64,000 nucleotides of DNA from Torpedo marmorata (taxonomy: Eukaryota), in assembly GCA_977017645.1 (NCBI GenBank), contig OZ360223.1:15996001-16060000 (forward strand), in the 5' to 3' direction. The translations under genes and the position numbers were made by a program. Below the pieces are notes generated by a model. The model was not told the DNA's origin. It made no database searches and saw nothing but the letters and a program-made list of their open reading frames with translations. Shown piece after piece: positions 1 to 64,000 of this stretch (positions within the stretch are counted from its first letter, which is position 1; each line of letters opens with the position of its first letter).

Positions 1-570
1 TTTTAAAACTTATTTTTTTATAACTCATCTTGGGTATTGTGCCAAAGATAGTGGAGAGAGAGTGTAGCTTGAGGTCTAAAATGGTCTCCATAAGCATTTA
101 ATAGAAGATTATCTCTAGGCCTTTTCTAATAAATAAGTATGCATCACTGGAAAAACTAAATGGCTTATTTTTCCTTTCCTGTCATTGTGGGCTTCAGAAG
201 GTGCATGGTCTGTTTACAAAAGAATTCTCCCTTTGGGGCAGGGAAAGCATGTGTTGGAGCAATCTTATTGACGGTCTAATTATGGCTCCCTTCCCATTTT
301 GAATTTCTTTGAAGGTAGAAAGCTGATGGGTGTTTGGATTGAGGTTTTTATTAAAAAAAAAAAAACTAACTTCCTCATCTTTCATTTTTAATGTATGCTG
401 GGTCGTCTGGAGAATTCAACGAACACTTTAAGAGAAATGAAAGATATTGTTACTGCAAATCTTGTTTGCGCTGAAAAGTGGTTCTGGATGCTGAGGCCAT
501 GGGGGATTTCAAGGTTGAGGTATAGATTTATGGATGTGTTTATCAGGGATGTTTTTAATTTAATTTTAAA

Positions 571-818
571 ATTTAGATATACAGCACGGTAACAGGCCAT
601 TTCGGCCCACGGGTCCATGCCGCCCAATTTACACCCAATTATCCTACACCCCCGGTACGTTTCGAATGGTGGGAGGAAACCGGAGCCCCCGGGGAAAACC
701 CACGCAGACACGGGGAGAACGTACAAACTCCTTACAGACAGCGCGGGATTCGAACCCTGGTCCCAATCGCTGGCGCTGTAAAGGCGTTGCACTAACTGCT
801 ACGCCAACAGTGCTGCCC
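571..818 (-). mobile_element. tRNA-derived V-domain SINE
   Basis: Minus strand reads GGGCAGCAC..TGGCGTAGCAG (A box), GGTTCGAATCCC (B box), then GTTCTCCCCGTGTCTGCGTGGGTTTTCC..CCGGTTTCCTCCCAC; related copies near 21162, 44105 and 54765. Confidence 0.85.
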
Positions 819-1563
819 TGATGTGACCCTGGAGTAAATGGATTTGAGATGGAGATCTACCATGATTTAAATGAATAGCAGGACACTGAGGGATGTGTGA
901 TTTGCTCATTTTATAAATCTTTTATTTCAGAAAGGCCTAAGAATTTATGAACAAGGTTTATTCCTTGTTTGGGTTTCTCTTTCATCATGCTACTTTGCTA
1001 AGATTGTAAAGTTATGTTTACAATTACAGTTAATAGTGTAATGCTACATGTTTATACCATCCCATGATCTCCCTTTGGGAAGGTAGTTGAGAAATGTAGA
1101 ACAGTCCTGCTGTTCACACCAAGTTGCTCAGAGTGTTAATTAAGGATGGTAGCAAGAGACTCGATAATGCTACGATTAATGGAAGACTCATCCTTTTTAG
1201 AACTCAATAGATGACAATGAGCAGCTGTATTATTTATGTAATTTCACACTTGTTGAGTTGAGGATTTTGATGGTGGGAATGTAGCATTTTCCACGTTGAG
1301 CATTTAGTTGGATTGCTCTCCACTCAGACTTCTTAATTGCTGCCAAAAAATATGTAGAGATTTTAAACTGTATTTTTGACCACGCATGTTTCAAATTAAT
1401 ACCGTGTGTGATACCACAGTTTTTAAATTATATATTTCTATTATACGGTTTTGAGTGTCAATGCCACTTCCAGATTCAAATTTTCATTTGCAAATTATTC
1501 TGCTTCACAGTGAGATGAAAAATTAATATCTCTTCGATAACATAAGCCTTTTTCTTTTGCTAG

Positions 1564-31634
<30,071 letters not shown>

Positions 31635-31834
31635 TTTAAGAATGGTTGTACATATGTAAATATTTTTTCCTAATTTTTGCTACCAGATATATACTTGAGT
31701 AAACGGTGTAATTTGTCTGTAGGAAATGTAATTTTTCGCTGCTTTGGTTAAATATTATTTATGTTAAATGTACAATGTACATTTTGTATTGTCTATCAAG
31801 TGTACAATAATGTATCTACTGTTTCCTTTTTCAG

Positions 31835-31840
31835 AATAAA
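31835..31840 (+). terminator. Probable polyadenylation signal of gene 1
   Basis: AATAAA about 200 nt after the stop, preceded by many TGTA motifs and followed by a T-rich tract. Confidence 0.65.
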
Positions 31841-33643
31841 TTTTGAAAAGAATGAGTTTTTTTCTTTATGCTCTGAAAGTTCTAATCTACATAATGAATC
31901 AAAAGGTTTGGTACAATATCTTTTTGCTCTCTTACAACTGATCGATTGTAAATGTAGACGTTACAGAGAAGACTCATCCAGAAGAAGCATTCTCCATGCA
32001 ACCAGCCTGTTGGACTGTGCAAGAATTTTATGGGCCAAAAGTATAGGACTGTTCAGCAATTCATTGGGATCCTTGTTAATCTGACATTCAAGTCCACTTT
32101 CTTGCCTTTTCCCCCATAACCTTGATCGCATTAGAAAAAAATTCTCGGCCTTAAGTATACTCAAGAACTCTGCTCCCACAACTCTAGCAAGGAATTCCAA
32201 AGACACTCAAGCTCAGAAGAAATTCTACCTTGTCCTAATTTTAAGATGAGGATTCTGGTTCTGGATTCCTATCCTCACATTATTTTTAGTCCTCTTAAAA
32301 ACTTGTTTCAATAAGTGACATAACTGAACACAACCCCAACTTGTTTAGCCTTTCTTTGCAGGACAACCCACCCATTCTGCTGAACTTATGAAGTCTTTTG
32401 TAAAATATCTTTCCTTAATTAGGGAGTCCATAATTGTGAGTCTGCTTTGAGACTTTCCCTATTATTTAACTCTTGCCCCCTTGGAATAAAGTCCAACATT
32501 CCATTAACTTGCTCTTACCAGGTTCTTGGGATTTATCAATTTCCAATCTCTCCAACCAGTATCACAGAAAACTGCAGATACTGGAATCTGGAGCAAAATG
32601 ATTTAATATCATTAATTTATTGTGTCAAACTTAATCCTTTTCTGTTTAATTATGCACCGTAAAGAATTTTTTTTGCAATTTTTTTATGCTAGTCATTTCC
32701 TGTTCACTACAATAGCTTTTTAAAGTCAACTTCATATCTTCATTTTTCCTTAGTTTGAACTAAATACTTAAACTTTCATGGAAAACTCTGTCATGTTATT
32801 GTCCCAATTCCCTAAAGCATGAATGAACCTTTCATTGCACAATACTAAATCTAAAATGCCCTTTTTTCAAGTTGCTTCTTGCATTGTGTAAAATGTACTC
32901 CACACCGGAGGTCAGCATTAAACCCAAACTAGGAGATGCGAGGTAGCAGCTCTACTTATTTTGCAGTCATGGGAATTAAAGAGGCCCATGTCAAATCCAT
33001 CTTCAATTCTGTAATGCTCTTGTTACATACCTCATTTCCTGATTTCTACCAAGTCCAATATTACAACTCTTGGTGACCTCAATAACCCACCAATGTTTAT
33101 TTGCCATTGTGATATAGCATGGAACTAGGCCCTTATCAAGCATCCATTTACACTAATTCCATTTTTCCTCACAGTTTTACTCCCCACATTTATAGTGGTC
33201 AAATAACTTTCCAATTTGGGCTTAGTATGTTGGAAACCTACGTAGTCACGGAGAATGAGCATACTGCACACAGCACCAGAGGTTACTGGAGCTGTGCAAC
33301 TATGCCCCCCTTTGAGGTTCCAATTCTACATGATCTGCATACAAATATTCTCATGGATAGTGATTTTTGCATGTATGTTACAGTTTTTGGTTATATTGGG
33401 GGAACTGTATGGAAGTGAAAATGATCTTTGGCGTCCAATACAAACGATTTCACCTATGAGCCTGATAGCTGGTAAGCAGATTGGTGATATGGGGGAGTGA
33501 GGGGAAAACAAAATTTCTAATTTCAAAGTAAACAATCTCAACCAAAGTTTTCCTGGCAAGCTCTTCATGAATCTCCTTTGCTTGATAACATTGTTCCTAT
33601 AATTTAGTGAATAGAACAGTAATTCAATCCTCAAGCTGTAGTA

Positions 33644-33710
33644 CAGGTATACCCCGCTTTACGAAAGTAGAGCATTCCTATGAAACCTTTCGTAAGCTGA
33701 AATGGCGTAA
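33644..33710. mobile_element. Tigger-type MITE terminus (MER82-like)
   Basis: TA|CAGGTATACCCCGCTTTACGAAAGTAGAGCATTCCTATGAAACCTTTCGTAAGCTGAAATGGCGTAA; family resemblance from memory. Confidence 0.5.
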
Positions 33711-34423
33711 TGACACTTGTGTATCTCCAATAAAATTCATCCTTTGTGCCTTTTCCAATCTATTCTACAATTTTTGTAGACCTACTGATAAGTCCATCTG
33801 TTCCTCCACGTTTATCAGTATTCTCCCATTTATTGCATATTCCTTAAAATATATTTGGACTACATTATTCATACTGCCATTGTTACTTTCTTTTAAAAAA
33901 AGGTTCAGACAAATTAGCATATCATCTTCCCTTACACGTGCGTATTGCCCTTGAATAATCTGCCTTTCTAAATGCAGGTTTATCCTGTCCATCGAAACTG
34001 ATTCCATTGATTTTATTTTTCACCATAGATCAATGGTGCATCTAAAATAGAGCATTTAAGTCATCACAGGATTTCCCTTGGTGTACTGTGCAAGTCCCAT
34101 GTGTGCATTCAAGTCAGGGAATCCGCTGCAATTTCTCAGATCAGTGCAAAAGTGCACATCCCCTCATATTTGGCAAGTTCTCAAAAATACTCCACCTTCA
34201 ATCTATAATCTTAAATTGTTTTGCTGAGAATCTTAAAGTGTATGTGCAACTTCAACTTTTACCTTGAAAATCAGTTACAAATGCTTTATGACATCATTTT
34301 GCATTGTGATGTCTTCATTGTTGAAACTCCTGGCTCTTGCTAGTGCAAGGTTGCGGTCATCTGGGATAGAAACTTGGGGTGAGATCTTGTTAAATGTGTT
34401 TTTAAATTCCATGGGATAGTGCT

Positions 34424-35135
34424 TCAGAATCAGAATTTATTGTCATGAACAAGTCATGAAATTCGGTGTTTTGCAGCAGCATCATAGTGCAAACATTCAT
34501 ATTATAACCATCTTAAGACATTACTATAAAAAATATATATAAATAATAGTGCACGAAAAGTAAGGCAGTGTCTTTGGTTCATTGATTATTTTGGAATTTG
34601 ATGGCAGCGGGGAAGAAGCTGTCCTTGTGCCGTTGAGTGCGCATCTTTAGGCTCCTGGTCCTTTTTCCCGATGGAAGCAGAGTGAAGAGGGCATGGCCTG
34701 GGTGCTGAGGGTCTTTGAGGATAGAGGCTGCTTTTTTAAGACACCACCTCATGTCAATGTCCTCGATGGAGTGAAGTTTGGTGCCTGTGATGTCACAGGC
34801 CGAGTTAACAACCCTCTGGAGTTTATTCTTGTCCTGAGAGTTGGCGCCTCCATACCAGGCAGTGATGCAACCAGCAAGAATGCTCTCCACGGTACACCTG
34901 TAGAAGTTTACGAGAGTCTTCGGTGAAATACCGAATCTCCTCAGACACCTCAGAAAGTATAGCTGCTGGCAAGCCTTCTTTGTGATTGCATCGACGTGGA
35001 GGCTCCAGGACAGATCCTCGGAGATGTTGACACCCAGGAATTTGAAGTTGACCCTACTGAGCCCTCGATGAGGACTGGGACGTGTTCCCCTGACTTCCTC
35101 CTGAAGTCCACAATCATCTTCGTTTTGCAGAGCTT
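34424..35135 (-). mobile_element. Rex1/L2-group LINE 3' fragment
   Basis: KTKMIVDFRRK, FKFLGVNISEDLSWS, LYFLR, HPGHALFTLLPSG, SFFPAAI; short-repeat tail ATTCTG. Confidence 0.85.
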
Positions 35136-36308
35136 GGGCTCTGATATACAAGAATGTTTCCTGGGTTGCAAAGATTTAGTCATGAAAGATTGGTGAGACT
35201 GAAATTGTTTTCTTTGGAACAGAGGAGGCTAAGGGAAAATAATTAAGATGGATAAAATAGATTCCTACAAAGGATGAAAATAAAGGAACTATTTTCCTGA
35301 GCAAAGTAGTTAATGACCAGGAAATGTGGGAATAAGGTAAGAATTGGAGAGAAACTAAGGAAAAACAGTGGTAGAAGTCTGGAACTGATTGCCAAAAAGG
35401 TAATTGTGTAAATTTTTCATCACCTTATTACACTTTTTGCAGGATGTAATTTTCTTTATGCTTAAACAGTACCTGGAAATACACCTGATGTGCCAGATCA
35501 GGACCAAATGTAATGTATTTTAAGTTTTCTGACTACACAATGGCAAGTTTTAAGGATAGCAAGAAAATTCAAGGGTTGATTAGCATTCTCCTGTTGTGTT
35601 TTATAGAGGCTGATTGAAAACCCTCTAAGAATGACTTGGAACTTTCCAAATGTAATTTTAAATTGACATAATGATTGGTTTCTTTCTGTGTTACGATCAT
35701 TCTGGTCATTGAATCCGTTTTAACTCCTCGTCATGTAATTATTCTCAATAGGCCTGCAAATTATTCTCCCCTACCTCTTCAGTTCCATTTTAAAAGTCCT
35801 TTTAACACCCCTGCAGGCACTGAACTCTAGATCATAATTATCAGTTTAAAAAGGTATTTATTCACATTCTCATGTTTCTACTGGGCATCATTTTAAATTT
35901 GTCCACGTGACCCTCAAACAATCGAAACCGGTAATGATCTTGTTCACATATCTGCCTCAAGTCTTCTCATACTTTTTTTTATCAATGAGGAATGCTCTGT
36001 TGCAGGCCATCTGGGAGAAAATTGAGATTTCTTTCCCTTTGAATGAATTATTACTCATAAAATTATTTTAGATCAAACAAAAGGAATGTTGGACAGGAAA
36101 TTTGGAAGTATTTACTCTCAAACAGTCCAGTGACGCATTCTACGACAACTGAAATGCAGGAACATGGGGAGAAAGTCTAAAATGTCAAATCTTTTGCATT
36201 TATACAGCACCTTTAACATTGTTCTCTCAATACCCCGTTACCACCACTGTGGCACCTTATTGTTTCTTCCTCCCTCTGTTGGTTCAGGGGCTTCCCCTCA
36301 GTGCCCAG

Positions 36309-36632
36309 TAGTGGTTTTCAAATTGCCCCCCCTAAACTCACATTCCACCTTAAGCAATCCCTATGCCATAGGTGGGTGCTCTGTGATTAGTAAGGGATTG
36401 CTTAAGGTAGTATGTGAGTGGAAAGAAAAAGTTTGAAAACCACTGTTTTAATCGTACCTAATTGACTCGTTATGTGCTCGGTTTCATAACTCCAAAGGAA
36501 ATAGTGGTTCTCAACCTTCCCTTCCCACTCACATACCACCTTAAGCAATCCCTTACTAATCACAGAGCACTTATGGCATAGAGATTACTTAAAGTGGTAT
36601 GTGAGTTTAGGGGGGCAGTTTGAAAACCACTT
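36309..36632. mobile_element. Composite hAT MITE directly upstream of the RBM5 promoter
   Basis: Two inverted arms of about 130 bp, each related to the solo MITE at 12367, flanking a spacer; ends AGTGGTTTTCAAA / TTTGAAAACCACT. Confidence 0.75.
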
Positions 36633-36639
36633 GTCGAGA

Positions 36640-37110
36640 CGAGTCCTTCCCTGCAGCGCCCTCTCGTTGGCTGCACCAAGTCTCAGTGCGTCTCTCTCAG
36701 CACGTACTCGTGGAGATTGTACCTCAACAAGACCTCGGAGTGAATCCAGCTGCTCCTGGCGCCATATTGGTGCCACAGGGGGGCAAACTCCAATTCCCAG
36801 AATGCACAGGGAGCCGCACTGTCAGCCAATCAGAAAAGAGCGGCGTTGCCTGGCTCATCCAGCCCGGCGCCATCTTGTGCCTGCGCGCCCGTAATGGTGG
36901 TCGCTTCTTGACAGCTGGAGCGGACGGAATTTCGGCTCGTTCAGTCGTGCGGTATCCGTGGCCAAAGAGCGGTCGGTGCGACATTGGGGTACGGCGTGGC
37001 GGGTATCCGAACAACGGGGTTGAACTGGGCCCGGGAGTTGGGCGGTGAGAGAGCGGCCGAGGCCCCGGAAGTTTGGGCGGGCGGGCGGGCGGCGGTGCGG
37101 CAAGCCTTTC
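36640..37110 (+). promoter_or_regulatory. rbm5: CpG-island promoter and non-coding first exon of gene 2 (donor GCG|GTGAGA at 37044/37045)
   Basis: CpG-rich stretch in AT-rich surroundings. ZNF143/SBS-like AACTCCAATTCCCAGAATGCAC 36786-36807; CCAAT box AGCCAATCAG 36824-36833; YY1-like CGCCATCTT near 36868-36876; ETS-like CCGGAAGT near 37065-37072. TSS position unknown. Confidence 0.75.
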
Positions 37111-37434
37111 CTATTTAATATCTCTGGTCTGCCTGGGCGTGTTTTAATTTAATTTATAGTTGGTGTATCTTACGTGCCTGCATGACTGCAACAAAGTAGG
37201 AATTTGTGCGCCTCTATGCATTGTATATGACAATAAACTCTTCTGCTTGGAACAGGCCGCAGCCGATGGAGGGCTGGCCTTTTACGGTTCCTTAGTGGAG
37301 CGGGAACATTCGTCGCCTTATTACAGCCAAGTCTCCTTCTAATGCCTGCTGAGTGCCTTTAAGTAAACAAACCAGCCAGTCAGATGAATTGTCTCCATAA
37401 AGAGTATCCACGAGAAAGAAAAAATATTTATTTA

Positions 37435-38555
37435 TTTACTTCAGATTTATTGTCAGATACATACATCCCTGAGATTCTTTTTCCTGCGGGCACGGCAGAA
37501 TTAGCAATTCAAGATTCAATTTATTGTCATAGTAATAAGACAGTGTCATATTCCATGAAATTTCTTTTTGCCTGCTGCAAGGCAGACAGATTCGCCACAG
37601 GCAGAAATCGCCTAAGCGCCTCTTACATTCCTTACAGTCAGAGAAAGAGAAGCAAAAGAGAGTCCCCCCAGAGTCACCGAGTGTCCATAGATTCGCCTCC
37701 ACAGAGTCCAGTCCAAACGATCGGCATCCCGAGCTCCAGATCCGAACCTCCAACGCGGTCAGGTCGCCCTCGGCACCCCCTCGCATCCCGGTTCCGATAC
37801 CTGGTACTCCTCCAGCCAGTTCGAGCCAGCCTCCAGCAGTCCGCAGCCCGGCGTGAGTCCCCCGACAGCAGTCTCCAGCAGCCCACAGCCTCCGCGGGTT
37901 CCTCGCCTCGAGTTGCCAGCAGCCCGCCGCATGCACTGGTCCTTCAGCCTCAGAGCCCCTCACCGGTCCGCCGCTGTGGTCACCGTCCCGTGGGTCGTCT
38001 CCTCTGCTTCTCCTTCTCAGACGGGGGGGGGGGGGTGATCTTCCTCCGCTTCCCCGGAGTCTGCAACCCCTCGTGGCTGCTGCCGATTAAAAGGCGCTGC
38101 CATCTTGGGCGCAGACCCCGTGGTCGCGGGACCTTAAATAAAACCACCGTCGGCTCCTTCAAAGCCCGTGCGGAACCGACGGCAGCCGACTGGGCGGCTG
38201 GACCCCATGGGAGCGCTGTATCTCCGCTCCCCGCGGGTCAGCGGCAGCGCTGACGCTACAGCGGCTCCGGCAGCACCGCCACTTATTGGTAGTGCAAAAA
38301 AAAATACACAACGTACACATATATTAAAAAAAACTGCAATACAGAGAGGAGAAAAAAAGCAATAAAATGCAAAAGTAAGAGTCCCTGATTGAGTTTTTTT
38401 TGGGGGAAGGTGGTGCTGGAGGGGTAGCAGCTGTTCCTGAACCTGGCGATGCGAGTCTTGTGGCACCTATACCTCTTTCCTGGTGGCAGCAGCGAGAACA
38501 GAGCGTGTGCTGGGTAGTGTGGATCCTTGATGATTGTTTCTGCTCTCCAGTGGAA
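37435..38555 (-). mobile_element. Rex1/L2-group LINE 3' fragments (nested, GC-rich interior)
   Basis: Tail TTCAGATTTATTGTCAGA..CCTGAGATTCTTTTTCCTGC shared with the copies at 40990 and 53495; interior shares blocks with 19745-20540. Confidence 0.6.
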
Positions 38556-39679
38556 GCCTGTTCATAATTTAGTGTTTTATGGTGCTGACTTCTCGTGCAT
38601 TGTTCATTTTTTTTTTAGGTGTGTGCCTTGTATATATGTGAGTTATTCCAATTTGGTTTTTGACTCGGCTTTATTAGTGTTAGATATTTGTTATAACATT
38701 TCCTGCTTAGTTATAAAGTTGTATTTAGGTAACCTGGAAAGACATTTCAGGGAAATGTTTGTCAGAGTTGCAGTCTGCTAAATTAAGATTTTTTGGTGAG
38801 TACCAAAGATTATTTAGACATACAGCATGGTAACAAGGCCCTTTCGGCCCTCGAGCCAGTGTCGTATTATAATAGACTCTTGGCAAAGTTTAAGAGTTCA
38901 ACAGTTGTCCTGATCAATGTTTAGTTTCAGGGATTAATGTTATCACTTGTGTATATCTGGAAATAAGAAAACTTGATAAACGCAGATTCTTATTTTTTTG
39001 TGTGCCTTTCAGAAATGAGATTGTGAGTGTAGGTTGTCTGCTGTTCATACTTTCTCTTTTGTCAACACATACCTGGCTTGAAGATTGTTTTTCCTGTATT
39101 CCTTGTGCTTGTATTTCCATTTTAAGGCTGTGCCCCGTAACTAGCTTCAGTTTGTTCAGTGATGTTTTTTCTGCAAGGTGGTGATGGATACCAGATCTTA
39201 ATGGTTTTTTTTCATGAGCGTATATTTGTAAAAGAAACATCAGCACAGGCAAAGTAATATGCAACTTTTTTATTTAAAAAAAGTCTTTTTATATAAAAAA
39301 ATATATATATACATATAAAAAGACTAGGGACAAAATTAAACATTAGAGTGTGCATATGGGTAAGTATTAGAATGGATCCTGGCAAATGGCTGGAATTAAA
39401 AAGAAAATCAACAAAAGGACAACGTGGTTAGTTTGACCTGTGAAATTGGAGAATCAAAAGAAACTTCCTTGGGATGTTAAAAGCACCATTTTTCAAGTTT
39501 ATTAGAGTAAGGAGGGTGATCATCAACAATGGGCTGTGTGGTAAAGCAATAGTATTTTTTTGTGTTAGAAAACAAATTGTACCATAATGTAATATCAGGA
39601 CTGACCTATTTTTACCAGGTCCTTATAAACCCAGGTCATCATTTTGAAAATTATCCTCACAAGTGAGCTCTTTTGAAGT

Positions 39680-63415
<23,736 letters not shown>

Positions 63416-64000
63416 GTAGGGTGTCAGCATTCTCTTTCAGAAAGAAAGACTGAATTGAGAGGTTGGTGCAATGTTATTCCTTTACTGAACCATTGAATCA
63501 GGTTTAGGTGAAGAAGAAATTACATGTGTGGTTACTTTATATCCTGAGAAATGTTGTTTTTAAAATTTGAACTTGGTTAAATTTTGTCAATCTCTGTTCA
63601 CCGCTGGCAACTCAATCTTATCTAAATATCAGTTCACGCTTAGTAAAATTCATTTTGGTTTTGCCATACAGATGACCCCAGGGTTGCATTCCTAGAAAAC
63701 AATCCATATCGTGATCTTCTGTAAGCCAACCTCCTTTTCTCATTGAACCCAAAGTTATATGGAGACGTGTTTCTAGAGGATGTTTTTCTCTTGTAGTGAG
63801 CCTTTTTATCACGATGATAAAATGACTCACTGCTGTTATTTAAGGTCTGAGGCTAACATTAGATTCAGAAGATGGATGATATTTGTGCAAAAGAAACAAA
63901 TTTTATCAATTTCTACTTAGTTGCTCAATACTGTGGGGCGTTAAGATATGGATACGATGCCACAGCTTTGATTGGGTTGGCAGTCACAGCTGAGTCTCTC

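Noticed and set aside
1-1563. Gene 1 exon 7 (expected ...EDWLCxK) and intronic snoRNAs
   Set aside because: No matching exon found before 1564, so it is presumably upstream of the window. No convincing C/D or H/ACA structure was seen by eye anywhere in the window; an Rfam scan would be needed.
36770-36786. CTCF site (GCCACAGGGGGGCA)
   Set aside because: Core spacing does not fit the CCASYAGRKGGC consensus well enough to call.
36585-37103. ORFs over the CpG island
   Set aside because: Expected from high GC content; the homology-supported start codon is at 39680.
37384-38253. 289-aa ORF and overlapping ORFs in RBM5 intron 1
   Set aside because: GC-rich repeat interior shared with 19745-20540; low-complexity translation with no recognisable domain.

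Overview
Vertebrate genomic DNA, AT-rich and transposon-dense. V-domain tRNA-SINEs, CR1 and Penelope-like repeats point to a cartilaginous fish (shark or ray); this is inferred. The window holds two tandem, same-strand (+) genes of the RBM5/RBM6/RBM10 splicing-regulator family, rebuilt by hand exon by exon from GT-AG sites and reading-frame phase. Gene 1 is 5'-partial: 18 coding exons from 1564 to 31634 encoding a RanBP2 zinc finger, RRM2, OCRE, C2H2 zinc finger and G-patch, with a polyA signal at 31835. It sits where RBM6 sits in other vertebrates but reads as an undegenerated RBM5/RBM10-like protein. Gene 2 is RBM5: CpG-island promoter at about 36.6-37.1 kb, ATG at 39680, 13 coding exons to 63415, 3'-partial. 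Introns hold L1/Tx1-clade LINEs (15-16 bp TSDs, 5' inversions, nesting), a solo LTR, CR1, Rex1/L2-type and Penelope-like fragments, SINEs, and Tigger/pogo and hAT MITEs. There is one assembly gap (2808-3033). Best leads: (1) a slow-evolving RBM6-position paralogue; (2) a long-range RNA duplex in RBM5 intron 5 ahead of a frame-shifting exon 6; (3) an RBM10-type GTG/GTG tandem donor in RBM5; (4) twin-primed L1 inversions; (5) a roughly 300-nt fold-back hairpin between the OCRE exons; (6) MITEs resembling mammalian Tigger families. Exon numbers follow human RBM5. All comparisons to human proteins or repeat consensus sequences are from memory and need alignment to confirm.
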